From positions 32,001 to 96,000 of the IMG/VR virus record IMGVR_UViG_3300033076_001354: 64,000 nt of DNA. One strand, written 5' to 3'. Origin of the DNA: a virus (lineage: Duplodnaviria; Caudoviricetes). The translations under genes and the position numbers were made by a program. Shown piece after piece: positions 46,819-56,449 of this stretch (position 1 is the stretch's first letter; each line of letters opens with the position of its first letter). The notes under the pieces were generated by a model that was given only the letters and a program-made list of their open reading frames with translations, did not search any database and was not told where the DNA came from.

Positions 46819-47428
46819 GTTCAGCAACTTCTTCTATGGGCGTGACTTCTCACACCTTGAGTCCTTGATCGGTTCAGACGAAAAAAGAAAAAACGTCAGT
46901 GTCAAGTCGATGGCTCTGGAAGCGGTCGGCGAGGAGTACTTGAGAAACGCTCTCAAAGAACCCCCGATGAAGTACGGATTCCCTAGACACTCTTGGGGAC
47001 TGGAGCTCGTGATGGATCGCCGATACATCGACGACAGGGAGCTCTTGGATAAGTCGCAGGCTGCCAACGATAAGCTGATGAACTTCTTCGGCGCGCGAAA
47101 CAACGCCCTTCAGATGTTTTATCCGTCCGGCGGCTACATCGGCTGGCACACGAACTGCAACGCTCCGGGATTCAACATCGTCCTCTCCTGCAACCCAGGA
47201 GCCAAGGGATACTTTGAGCACTACGACCACGTCAACGATAAGTTCGTTAGGTACGAAGATAAGCCGGGATGGAACTGCAAGGTCGGGTACTTCGGCCCCG
47301 ACACCGAACCGGAGAAGATGTATTGGCACTGCGCCTACACCGACACCCCTCGATTGACGTTCAGCTACGTCATATACGACAAGAACATTTGGGAAGACAT
47401 GGTGGATGACATCGGAAGAGCCGATTAA
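46769..47428 (+). CDS. Fe(II)/2OG-type (cupin) oxygenase-like protein
   Basis: YPSGGYIGWHTN...YWHCA...RLTFSY. Confidence 0.65.
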   Translation: MQSLSDLNPDLLKTLTEFSNFFYGRDFSHLESLIGSDEKRKNVSVKSMALEAVGEEYLRNALKEPPMKYGFPRHSWGLELVMDRRYIDDRELLDKSQAANDKLMNFFGARNNALQMFYPSGGYIGWHTNCNAPGFNIVLSCNPGAKGYFEHYDHVNDKFVRYEDKPGWNCKVGYFGPDTEPEKMYWHCAYTDTPRLTFSYVIYDKNIWEDMVDDIGRAD

Positions 47429-48164
47429 GTTCATATGTTTGAAGTGGGGAACTAAGTATGGACCCGAGTACGTCAACAGGCTTCATGAATCAGTACGGAG
47501 GCTATATCTTAAGCCTCACCGCTTTCTTTGTTATACTGATGATCCTCGAGGCCTTAGACCCGAAATCGAAGTAAAGAACATTGAGGAGCTTCGCAGGGTT
47601 AAGAACACCTGCTTCACTATGGAGAAGCTCTTCTTATTCGACGGTCTCGACTTCGAGGGACCGTACTGCCTTCTCGACATAGACATACTTATACAGTCCG
47701 ACATCACGTCTTACTTCGATGAGTATAAGTTCGTAGAACCTAGGTTCACGATTTCATCGGCGATGCATTCATACATTAAAGTCGCGCCTATATTCTCGCA
47801 AGAAGGAATGTGCTACGTCAACAGCTCGTTCGTGACTTGGACCGGCGATCAGCTTAAGTGGCTCCCCGACTTCTACATGGCGAACAAAGATATTATCGAC
47901 TATAAGTATAGAGACTTAGATACTTTCTTGTTTCACACCGTCTTAAAGAAGATGCGTTTTCACCCACAGGATATGATCTATTCTTTTAATCACGAAAAGA
48001 AGCGCTTAGACTCGCCGATAGTCATGTTCAATACTTCCCACGGTCGCGGCGTCGAGCTGCACGAGGGACCTACTTGGGCAAAGGAGTTGTGGGAATCGTA
48101 TGATAGTGAATCAGGATCCGCTCGTCTTCTAAGCGAACCTGTCGCTGCGCCGCGGTCGTCATGA
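47406..48164 (+). CDS. GT-A glycosyltransferase
   Basis: CLKWGTKYGPEYVNRL, CYTDD, LDIDI and NSSFV. Confidence 0.85.
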   Translation: MTSEEPIKFICLKWGTKYGPEYVNRLHESVRRLYLKPHRFLCYTDDPRGLRPEIEVKNIEELRRVKNTCFTMEKLFLFDGLDFEGPYCLLDIDILIQSDITSYFDEYKFVEPRFTISSAMHSYIKVAPIFSQEGMCYVNSSFVTWTGDQLKWLPDFYMANKDIIDYKYRDLDTFLFHTVLKKMRFHPQDMIYSFNHEKKRLDSPIVMFNTSHGRGVELHEGPTWAKELWESYDSESGSARLLSEPVAAPRSS

Positions 48165-48717
48165 TCTTCTTCTTGAGATACATAACCCTTCCATACTTAT
48201 TGATGAAGGTATCGTCCCCATAGTGTTCGCTCGTGTGCTTGAATATGTCGTCCATAAGCATCTGATACAGGTAGTGGTGTGAGTCTCCCACCCATCCCAT
48301 CACCGAAGAGTTTCCGTTGCAGAAGAACCTCTCCTTGTTCTTATAGTCGAGCTTATCAACGAGCCTCCACCATTCGTCGTTCTTCCATACCGTGTCCACC
48401 ACTTTCAACACGCCCTGCTGAACGTCTTCCACTAAAAAATCGATGTTCTTCTTTATGAGTATGTCAAGGTCGAAGTACAGGTTTATTCCCGGACTACATA
48501 TATCTTTGTTGAACAACAGTATCTTATTCCACCAAGTGTCGAGCTCGAACCGTGTTACGTCTATGAACTCAATGGGTCGATCCGTCTTCCAATCGGAGTC
48601 TGTCAGGCAAGTCATCTTGAATTCATGCGTTAAATACTTACGCACTTGGTCGTACAAGTTCTCGACGTGCTCTATAGAATACCTTGGCTTTACGAGTACA
48701 CAATAAACGTTTATCAT
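48070..48717 (-). CDS. GT-A glycosyltransferase (inverted family member)
   Basis: CLTDS, WWNKILLF, YFDLDI, NSSVM and GDDTFI. Confidence 0.85.
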   Translation of the reverse strand: MINVYCVLVKPRYSIEHVENLYDQVRKYLTHEFKMTCLTDSDWKTDRPIEFIDVTRFELDTWWNKILLFNKDICSPGINLYFDLDILIKKNIDFLVEDVQQGVLKVVDTVWKNDEWWRLVDKLDYKNKERFFCNGNSSVMGWVGDSHHYLYQMLMDDIFKHTSEHYGDDTFINKYGRVMYLKKKIMTTAAQRQVRLEDERILIHYHTIPTTPLPK

Positions 48718-49426
48718 GGATCAGACCGTTAAGTTTATAGTTTTGAAGTGGGGAACCAAGTATGGTCCCGAGTACGTCAACAGGCTATTTAGGACTTTAA
48801 AAGCGACTTACTCCGGTCCCTTTGAGTTCTACTGCTTCACCGACAACAGTCGTGGTGTCGAGTGCAGGACGTATCCCATTGAGATGCTTCCGCTCTTTAA
48901 GTCAAACGTATTTACCGCGTGCAAGCTCGATCTATTCAATAAGCTTCCGTTCAAGGGACCATATTGTTTTCTCGACCTCGACCTACTCATCCTTAAAGAC
49001 CTCAAGCCGTACTTCGATGAATACGGCTTCAATGAGCCTAGGATGATATACAACTATTGGACTGAGACCGAAAGGATCTATAGGTCGTACTATACGGGCG
49101 ACTGCTACGTCAATAGTTCATTCGTGACGTGGGACGCCGACCAGCTAAGGTGGATGCGCGAGAGATTCATTGAGAACCAAGAAGTGATCTCTTTCAGGTT
49201 TAAGACTCTCGATAAGTTCATATACTATAGCAGTCGCAAGGATATGAAGTACCACCCGCGCGGGGTGGCGTACGCCTACAGCTTTGGCTCCGACCACCCA
49301 TTTGACGTCGAACCCTATAAGCTAAGGGATCAATACATATCGATATTCAACACTTCACATAAGAAAGGCGTCGAGCTACACGACGCAAACGGATGGGCTA
49401 GAGATGTTTGGACCCGGTACGACTGA
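48716..49426 (+). CDS. GT-A glycosyltransferase, paralog of 47406
   Basis: LKWGTKYGPEYVNRL, LDLDL, YVNSSFVTW and FNTSH. Confidence 0.85.
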   Translation: MDQTVKFIVLKWGTKYGPEYVNRLFRTLKATYSGPFEFYCFTDNSRGVECRTYPIEMLPLFKSNVFTACKLDLFNKLPFKGPYCFLDLDLLILKDLKPYFDEYGFNEPRMIYNYWTETERIYRSYYTGDCYVNSSFVTWDADQLRWMRERFIENQEVISFRFKTLDKFIYYSSRKDMKYHPRGVAYAYSFGSDHPFDVEPYKLRDQYISIFNTSHKKGVELHDANGWARDVWTRYD

Positions 49427-50036
49427 ACTTGACTACATCGTAGAATTAAACAGGATTCTAAATGAACTGTTTAAGCATCTTCAAAGCAGGAATCTAGACT
49501 ACGTCTATAGGTTCTATGCTATGCACAACGAAGAAAAGATGCGAAATCGCAACTTCATCGCGATGGAGGCTATAAGGAAGAACTTTAAACAACTAAACAA
49601 CGTCGCGATCGTGAACAGCAGCAGTCCCGTCGCCCTAACACACTTCTTAAAGAAGGAGTACAAATCTTCAGTGACACTGATTTCAGACCACCCGTCTTTT
49701 GAAATGTCGCTGGGATTCTTTCAGAGATTCTTTAAGGCGAACACCATAGTCAAAAGCGTCTTCTTTGAAGACGTCGATCTATCTTCATACGACTTGGTGA
49801 TCTTGTCTGAGTTTGAATACTTGGTTCCTCTCGATATGCTCAAGCACGTTAACTTCGGTGATTCACCTATAATGGCTCTTCAGCATATCCAGCACGTCAA
49901 CGATCACAACAGTCGACACATAGTCATGTGCATCGAAGACTTACTTGAGCTGTGCAACTTTAAGACTCTACTCGACTCAGGCGAGACCCTCAATATAGAC
50001 AATAGGTTCGTCTATCACGCCTTGGGAGTGAAGTGA
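49404..50036 (+). CDS. Hypothetical protein, possibly a degenerate Rossmann/MTase fold
   Basis: YDLVILSEFEYL; context in the modification island. Confidence 0.5.
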   Translation: MFGPGTTELDYIVELNRILNELFKHLQSRNLDYVYRFYAMHNEEKMRNRNFIAMEAIRKNFKQLNNVAIVNSSSPVALTHFLKKEYKSSVTLISDHPSFEMSLGFFQRFFKANTIVKSVFFEDVDLSSYDLVILSEFEYLVPLDMLKHVNFGDSPIMALQHIQHVNDHNSRHIVMCIEDLLELCNFKTLLDSGETLNIDNRFVYHALGVK

Positions 50037-50659
50037 TCCGGAGGAGTCAAGATGATCTTGACGTGCTCGTCGAGCCACCATGGGTCTGCAGCGTGAATGT
50101 ATTTCTCGTTAGCATCTTGCTTTAAGATCTCGTCGACCTGAGGATCTTCCCACGCCATAGGGAAGTCGAGCCAGTGACCGAGCGACTTGATGTATTGGCG
50201 TCTGTACAAGTATAGAAGTTCTTGGCTGATGAAGAAGGGCGGCACCTTCATCCATTGAATGAGCTGAGGCATGTTGCCCCAAGTCGGACCGCCGCGAAGC
50301 CTCGTCTGCTGGTGCGTCAAGATGTTCTTATCTCTGCCTATGACGACCGGTTGAACCTCGATGCCTAGACTCTGACACTTCTCCATGAACTCATAAATCG
50401 GTGGGACTTTAGGCAGCCACTTCTCAATGTATGGGTTGCTGATGCTCGTAACGGCGTACTTCTTGCCGCCCATGATGTTTAAGTCAATCTTATCGATGTT
50501 GTTCCAGTAGTAGTTGAACGGCTCTTTGTAGTGAGGGATGAAGTATCCATCGGGCTTGAGCGCGTCTTTCCAACCGTGAACTTCAGGGTGCATGCTGAAG
50601 ATCTTACCGAAGAGGTGATTGCCCGAACCCTGTGGACCGAATAGAACTATAATCTTCAT
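50015..50659 (-). CDS. Sulfotransferase-like P-loop protein
   Basis: IVLFGPQGSGNHLFGKIFSMHPEV (PSB-loop-like) and VIGRD. Confidence 0.6.
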   Translation of the reverse strand: MKIIVLFGPQGSGNHLFGKIFSMHPEVHGWKDALKPDGYFIPHYKEPFNYYWNNIDKIDLNIMGGKKYAVTSISNPYIEKWLPKVPPIYEFMEKCQSLGIEVQPVVIGRDKNILTHQQTRLRGGPTWGNMPQLIQWMKVPPFFISQELLYLYRRQYIKSLGHWLDFPMAWEDPQVDEILKQDANEKYIHAADPWWLDEHVKIILTPPDHFTPKA

Positions 50660-51411
50660 CAGTTCTTCCTCAGCTCAAAGTAGAGCCTGTTGCCGTTGTC
50701 TTTCTTGAACGACTCAAGCTTACAGTCGTGGATGCTGGCGATCTTATACGCGGTCTCAAAGTCCCATGGATAGATGTCGACCCATGGACCATTCTTGTGC
50801 ACTTCACCGGGATTCGCCCTGACGTAGATCGTGCCTCCGCGCATAGTCAAGTCGATGACTTTCTTGAACCTTGCGTTGATGTCGTCGAAGTCGCCGAAGT
50901 TGATGCTGCCGAAGACGATGACGTGGTCATAGGATTCGTTGGGAACGTTGTAGTCTAGAATGTCTACCATGAAGTCGGCTGAGTTGTTGAAGGCGTCGAT
51001 GCCTACCAAGTTAGGGATCCTAGCTTTAAACTGATTGAACCCACATCCTACGTCGAGGACTGCCTTTGGGTTCGACTTATTGATTCGCTCAACTATGTTC
51101 CATCCGGTGTATTGATACACCTCGGTGCGCGGCTGCCAGATTCCTCCCCAGAACCTAGCGCTGTACTTAGTGTCTATGTCAGCTGTTAGCATAGAGACTG
51201 ACACGCCGTCGATGTTGATGTCTACGTCGAAAGTATCACTGAGCAACGCCATGAACTTCTCCTGCTTCTTTGGAGTCCATGGAAGCGATGAAACTATCGT
51301 GTGCGGATTGATATTTTCATAGACCTCAATATACTTCGGGAGATTGAAGCAGTCTTTCAAGTTTTTCAGAACGAAGTTAAAAATTTTGTGATTCACAATA
51401 AAAATTCCCAT
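50659..51411 (-). CDS. SAM-dependent methyltransferase with small N-terminal domain
   Basis: VLDVGCGFNQFK, FGSINFG and RANPG. Confidence 0.85.
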   Translation of the reverse strand: MGIFIVNHKIFNFVLKNLKDCFNLPKYIEVYENINPHTIVSSLPWTPKKQEKFMALLSDTFDVDINIDGVSVSMLTADIDTKYSARFWGGIWQPRTEVYQYTGWNIVERINKSNPKAVLDVGCGFNQFKARIPNLVGIDAFNNSADFMVDILDYNVPNESYDHVIVFGSINFGDFDDINARFKKVIDLTMRGGTIYVRANPGEVHKNGPWVDIYPWDFETAYKIASIHDCKLESFKKDNGNRLYFELRKN

Positions 51412-51473
51412 TTGAGTAATTTTTTTCCTTATTGATTATATATATAGATCAACAAGGATTTTTTCTTTAGAGG

Positions 51474-52214
51474 ATGAAAAAAATGACGACTTATCAAGAC
51501 TGGGGCGACAGCCGCTGGGAATTCACCAAGAGTCAAAGTAAGTGGCACTTTGATCCATCCCGACCTCCGGTTCCCGGTCTAGACAGCTACACACACGTGT
51601 GTAGGTTCGACGCCGACTTTACCGACGCGATCGCCAAGTGTATGCCTCGAGCTAAAGCGAGCAGCTGGAGCAGCAGAAATAATTTCAACGAAAAGATAGC
51701 GGAGCAGGGACTTTATTCCGCGAGCCTTGAGGAGAAAGACCTCATCAGGGCTGGAGCAGATCCTAAACAAGAAGTGTTTCATCGCACGGCGGCCGAGGAC
51801 ATCGACGTCTTTCAAAAGATCGCAGCTTGGCTCGGCATCGATGAGCCGATGATTAAGTTCCACAACCAGACTACTGGTCAGATGCTTCACACTCACTTGG
51901 ACAACTTCGCCGCGCGCCCCGAGCGCGAGAACAGCTTCAAGGAGACTGAGATCGACAAGAACCCCGACATCATGAGAAGGTTCGCAATCATGCTTGCGGA
52001 CTGGGAGCTCGGTCAGATCTTTCAGATCGGCAACGCGAACTTCACCCAGTGGAAAGCGGGCGACTGCATCACTTGGGAATGGAAGGACATGCCGCACAGC
52101 ACGGCTAACATGGGATGGTGGGATCGCCCGATGCTTCAGATCACGGGATACACCACCGACAGAACCAAAGAAGTTCTCGGCGGTGCCGGAAAGAATCTGG
52201 TCGTAAAGATATGA
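51474..52214 (+). CDS. Fe(II)/2OG oxygenase (AspH/cupin-like)
   Basis: GQMLHTHLD (HxD), WKAGD, PHSTANMG and RPMLQITG. Confidence 0.8.
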   Translation: MKKMTTYQDWGDSRWEFTKSQSKWHFDPSRPPVPGLDSYTHVCRFDADFTDAIAKCMPRAKASSWSSRNNFNEKIAEQGLYSASLEEKDLIRAGADPKQEVFHRTAAEDIDVFQKIAAWLGIDEPMIKFHNQTTGQMLHTHLDNFAARPERENSFKETEIDKNPDIMRRFAIMLADWELGQIFQIGNANFTQWKAGDCITWEWKDMPHSTANMGWWDRPMLQITGYTTDRTKEVLGGAGKNLVVKI

Positions 52215-52954
52215 ATCAAGTCATCGCCGTCGCTTATATGCCGGGTGCCTATGGCAGCTTTCTCTGTTGGGCACTCGAGAGATTCTCAAAAGTAAGGAAG
52301 TCTTACCACCCACCGGTCACCGATAACCCTCTTCTTCCGGACGGCAGCAGCCACGCCTACGCGAGCTTCTGTAAAGTCAAGCAGGAAGACCAGTTCATCG
52401 ATGGCCTCAACGTTGCCAGAAACTCAGTCGTCCCATGGAACCACAACGTATACGCGGGATGGCCGTGCGGCAAGAGCGAGAACTTACAGAAGACCGTAGA
52501 GAACATAGGTTCTTGGATGAACACGATGGACAGGCTTATAGTGGTAGTTCCTCAGACTCCCGTGGATCATTACATCTGCTACATTAGGAATGAGTTTACC
52601 CTTGACAAAACCCGCTGGTATGATATATTGGGTATTGAAAAAGATGAACAGCTTTACGAGAGAATGATCGAAGACATCGAGGCTGACTACTCGCTCAACG
52701 TCGAAGACCCTAGGATCTTAAAGCTGACGATCTCTGAGATCCTATATGATCCACCGTACGTATTGTTCGGTAAGATCGCCAAGCTCGTGGGTTGGCCTAC
52801 CTGCGACTTTGGTCTCTTTGAGACTACTCTCTATGAGATGAGAAAAAGGCAAGAGAAGTATTTCAATATGATCACTGACGCCAACAAGGGCGACAGCTTA
52901 ACGCAGCGTGCAATAACTAAATTTAGACTGGAGTACAATAATGGATTTAACTAA
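52211..52954 (+). CDS. Hypothetical P-loop/sulfotransferase-like protein
   Basis: IAVAYMPGAYGSFL; ATGA overlap. Confidence 0.55.
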   Translation: MNQVIAVAYMPGAYGSFLCWALERFSKVRKSYHPPVTDNPLLPDGSSHAYASFCKVKQEDQFIDGLNVARNSVVPWNHNVYAGWPCGKSENLQKTVENIGSWMNTMDRLIVVVPQTPVDHYICYIRNEFTLDKTRWYDILGIEKDEQLYERMIEDIEADYSLNVEDPRILKLTISEILYDPPYVLFGKIAKLVGWPTCDFGLFETTLYEMRKRQEKYFNMITDANKGDSLTQRAITKFRLEYNNGFN

Positions 52955-54395
52955 AATCTTTCCGTTGTTCACTCCGGATACGGGCATCACAGTTCTAGCT
53001 GTGTATGCCGCAATCGTGTTCGGACTGACATGGGTATTTGCTAGCGGATACGCTTGGAATAAAGAAAGCTTCTTCGTCGCAAGACGCGAAGTCAGCACGC
53101 TGCAGGGTGCGATGAGCACGGGTGCCGCGTGGATGTGGGCACCGGGAATGTTCATCTCGGCGCAGCAGGCATATATGAACGGACTCGTCGGTTTGTTCTG
53201 GTTCTGTATCGGTAACTTCCTCAGCTTGATCTTGTTCAGTTGGTTCGCCAATCGCCTACGCGATCGCAAGCCCGATGGATTCACGATCTCAGGCTACTTG
53301 AGAGAGAAGTTTGGCAAGCGCGTTCAGGTGCTGTTCATGATCGAACTGCTCTCGCTCGCGGTGTGCAGCTTCGCCATCAACGCGCTGGCAGGAAGCAAGA
53401 GCGTCGAGGTGATCACTGGCATGAGCTACCACACGGTTAGCTTGATCCTCGCGGCGATCGCATTGGTCTATACCATTCGCGGCGGCCTCAAGGCATCCGT
53501 CATCACCGAGATGTTTAAGCTCTCTGTGTTGGTATTGGGTCTTGCGTTCATCGTTCCATGGGCGATCAACACCGCCGGTGGTCTCAGCATCGTCGACCTA
53601 GGACTCGGTGGAATCACCGGCAACGGTCGCGACATCATCGGCACGCCCTTCGCGCTCGGTGTGTTCATGGGCTTCGGCTTCTCCACCGCCATCGGTCACC
53701 TCGGTGCACCTTGGGGAGACAACGCCTTCTATCAGCGCGCCTTCGCAGTTCGTAAAGAGTCCGTGATCAAGGCATTCGTCGGTGGCGCGTTCATCTTCAT
53801 CTTGACGCCGCTGATGACGGGTCTCCTTGGATTCTTGGCCGCTGGTCTCCAGTACCAAGTTCCTAAAGAGCTGCTCGGCTACGTGAACATCCTCACCGTC
53901 GGAAGCCTGCTTCCTTCTTGGGTTGTCGTGCTCTACTTGTTCATGCTGTTCGCAGGCCTCGTGTCTGTGCTTGACTCGCAGCTGAGCTCGGTCAGCAACA
54001 TCTTTGGTCACGATGTCAAGAACTTGGTCGCAGCGGATCAAGACGAAACCAGCAGCATCAAGATCGGTCGCCTTGGTATGATCCTCTTGATCCTTGGCGG
54101 TCTCACCATCGCAAACTGGCCGGGAATGACACTCGTCACGATCTTCCTGTTCTTTGGTATCCTCAGAGCAACCGTTTGGTTCCCTCTCATGTTCAGCCTT
54201 TGGAATGAAAAGCTTGTGAATGAGAAGGGTATGTTCTGGGGTGTGTTGATCGCATACGTGGTTGGATTCACCACCTACGTCTACGGTCAAAACTTCGGAG
54301 GCGGTCCAAACATCGCGGTGCTTGGAACTTGTCTCGCGGTCTTCGGCTCGGGCGCTTTGGCACTCGGCATCACAAGAGTGACAGATGCCCGTTAA
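52941..54395 (+). CDS. Sodium:solute symporter (SSS family)
   Basis: About 13 TM helices; ESFFVARR, GGLKASVITE, YQRAFA and SVLDSQL. Confidence 0.9.
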   Translation: MDLTKIFPLFTPDTGITVLAVYAAIVFGLTWVFASGYAWNKESFFVARREVSTLQGAMSTGAAWMWAPGMFISAQQAYMNGLVGLFWFCIGNFLSLILFSWFANRLRDRKPDGFTISGYLREKFGKRVQVLFMIELLSLAVCSFAINALAGSKSVEVITGMSYHTVSLILAAIALVYTIRGGLKASVITEMFKLSVLVLGLAFIVPWAINTAGGLSIVDLGLGGITGNGRDIIGTPFALGVFMGFGFSTAIGHLGAPWGDNAFYQRAFAVRKESVIKAFVGGAFIFILTPLMTGLLGFLAAGLQYQVPKELLGYVNILTVGSLLPSWVVVLYLFMLFAGLVSVLDSQLSSVSNIFGHDVKNLVAADQDETSSIKIGRLGMILLILGGLTIANWPGMTLVTIFLFFGILRATVWFPLMFSLWNEKLVNEKGMFWGVLIAYVVGFTTYVYGQNFGGGPNIAVLGTCLAVFGSGALALGITRVTDAR

Positions 54396-54846
54396 GAAGA
54401 TCTTAATAATGGGCTTGCCGGGATCGGGAAAAACGACTCTGGCAAGAGCCTTGGCACCAAAGCTCGGTGCGGTTCACTGGAACGCGGATGCAGTAAGGGC
54501 TGAGATAAACTCTCACCTCGGCTTCAGCGAGAAAGACCGCATCGAGCAGGCGCGAAGGATGGGGTGGCTCTGTGATCAAGTCGTCAAGGCTGGTCACTGG
54601 GCCATCGCCGACTTCGTGTGTCCGACCAAAGAGACGCGGGACGCTTTCGGCGAATGCATCACCATCTGGGTCGACACTATAAAAGAGGGTAGGTTCGAAG
54701 ATACAAACAAGTTGTTTGAGCCGCCCGTTAAATACGACTACAAGGTGACTGAACAGAACTCAGACTTCTGGGCTAAGTTCTTAGCGGAAGACCTTGACTT
54801 CTATGAGAAGCCTACCTTCTTTAAAGCCATATTAAAGGGTTTGTGA
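54385..54846 (+). CDS. cysC: Adenylylsulfate (APS) kinase-like protein
   Basis: GLPGSGKTT, NADAVR..LGFSEKDRIEQARR and FEPP. Confidence 0.8.
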   Translation: MPVKKILIMGLPGSGKTTLARALAPKLGAVHWNADAVRAEINSHLGFSEKDRIEQARRMGWLCDQVVKAGHWAIADFVCPTKETRDAFGECITIWVDTIKEGRFEDTNKLFEPPVKYDYKVTEQNSDFWAKFLAEDLDFYEKPTFFKAILKGL

Positions 54847-55196
54847 TGTTTGATTATAACAAGCCGACCGTGCAGATGTTGGGCAGGTACCAACCGTGGC
54901 ACGCCGGACACCATGAATTGTTTAAGCGCGCTTACGCGAAGACCGGACAAGTCTGCATCATGGTTAGAGACGTCGACGAAGCTTTCAACTACAGGGAAGT
55001 GGAGTCGAGGATCATCGACGACCTTTACATACACGGCTATGAAAACGGCGTCGACTTCATCGTGCTTCGTGTACCAAACATCGTCAACATCACTTATGGT
55101 CGCGACGTTGGGTATAAGATCGAGCAGGAGCACCTAGGTGAAGAGATCGAGAGCATCTCAGCCACGAAGATTCGCAGAGAGATGGGAATCGAATAG
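54843..55196 (+). CDS. HxGH-superfamily nucleotidyltransferase
   Basis: GRYQPWHAGH and ISATKIR. Confidence 0.85.
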   Translation: MMFDYNKPTVQMLGRYQPWHAGHHELFKRAYAKTGQVCIMVRDVDEAFNYREVESRIIDDLYIHGYENGVDFIVLRVPNIVNITYGRDVGYKIEQEHLGEEIESISATKIRREMGIE

Positions 55197-55200
55197 GTGA

Positions 55201-55815
55201 ATGCATAAGTACATATTCATCGCCGGCGCGCCGGGATCCGGATGGAGCAGGGTCGCGCTGAGCATACACAATAGTCCAAGCATTGACTACAGCGACTGGT
55301 CGAAAGACCAGTCGTGGACTTTTATAAACGACAAGAATCTAGAAGAAAAAAGCTATCACTCCGGCGCTTACTTTGGACCCGATCAAAAATACGGAAAGAA
55401 ATTCGATCGTCTCGATGAATTAACTAAAGACGAGATCGAAGAAGAGTTTGCCCGCCCATTCAAGGGATCCGGCACTAAGATAATAAAGTGCCACGACTTT
55501 GCTTATCAACTCGACTTTATAAAAGAACACTGGCCTGATTGTCCTATAATAACTTGTCATAGGCCGACTGAAATATGCTATAGTTGGTGGATGTATGTCG
55601 GAGGTGCTGACATAGCTTTCCCGTCTTATAAAATGTTGAAGACGATTGATCCCAAGAAATACATGGACAAGTGCAACCAAGGGATAGAGAATTTCTTGGC
55701 AGAGAATAAAACGATCGGGCTTGAAAACAACATTGAGCTGTGTGAGATCTTAGAGCTCGACTATCCTAAAAATATAATCTACTTTGACCACGCGAACGTA
55801 TGTATAAAGGTTTGA
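55201..55815 (+). CDS. P-loop sulfotransferase-like protein
   Basis: IFIAGAPGSGWS and IIKCH. Confidence 0.6.
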   Translation: MHKYIFIAGAPGSGWSRVALSIHNSPSIDYSDWSKDQSWTFINDKNLEEKSYHSGAYFGPDQKYGKKFDRLDELTKDEIEEEFARPFKGSGTKIIKCHDFAYQLDFIKEHWPDCPIITCHRPTEICYSWWMYVGGADIAFPSYKMLKTIDPKKYMDKCNQGIENFLAENKTIGLENNIELCEILELDYPKNIIYFDHANVCIKV

Positions 55816-55816
55816 T

Positions 55817-56449
55817 ATGGAAAAGATCTTCTCCCTAATCAAAGAAGCCAACGATGAAACTCTATGGATGTTTTCCAGAGACGTTCACGACCTCATACTC
55901 GAGAAGTACTACAGCACGTATTGGCCCGACGTTCCCAATGGCTTCGACGAAAGTAAGACCAAGTCGATCGAGATGATCGTCAACCTACACGAATGTAAGA
56001 ACATACTCGACGTCGGATGCGGCTACAATCACTTCAAAGATAAGTTCCCCGATGCAAAGTTCACCAGCATCGAGCCGTACATCGACGGTGCAGACTATAA
56101 GATGACTGTGACTGAGTACCAACGAAACTTTCCGGATCGCCAGTACGACTGCGTCATGGCTCTTGGTTCGATCAACTTTGGTCCCAAGGCAAAGATCCTT
56201 GAAGAAGTCGAGGCGATGGATAAGCTCACTCGACCAGAAGGCATTCAAATCTGGCGCGTCAATCCTAGGGACAAACCCTTCGTCGACGACAGATTTCCCA
56301 TATCAGAACTCATTCAATACTACGGTTGGGATGAGCCGTTCATTCGCCACATCAGCGAAGTGTACAACTATAGGTTGATCGAATACAAAGAAGAGATGAA
56401 CTACTCCAACGATCGAAGGATCTTTTTTATCATGAAGAAAGGCCTGTAA
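55817..56449 (+). CDS. SAM-dependent methyltransferase, paralog of 50659
   Basis: ILDVGCGYNHFK, ALGSINFG and RVNP. Confidence 0.85.
   Translation: MEKIFSLIKEANDETLWMFSRDVHDLILEKYYSTYWPDVPNGFDESKTKSIEMIVNLHECKNILDVGCGYNHFKDKFPDAKFTSIEPYIDGADYKMTVTEYQRNFPDRQYDCVMALGSINFGPKAKILEEVEAMDKLTRPEGIQIWRVNPRDKPFVDDRFPISELIQYYGWDEPFIRHISEVYNYRLIEYKEEMNYSNDRRIFFIMKKGL

Noticed and set aside
45440-54290. Long antisense ORFs (e.g. 45440-46030, 46874-47476, 51579-52097, 53598-54290)
   Set aside because: Shadow frames of well-supported genes with biased codon usage; no recognisable motifs.
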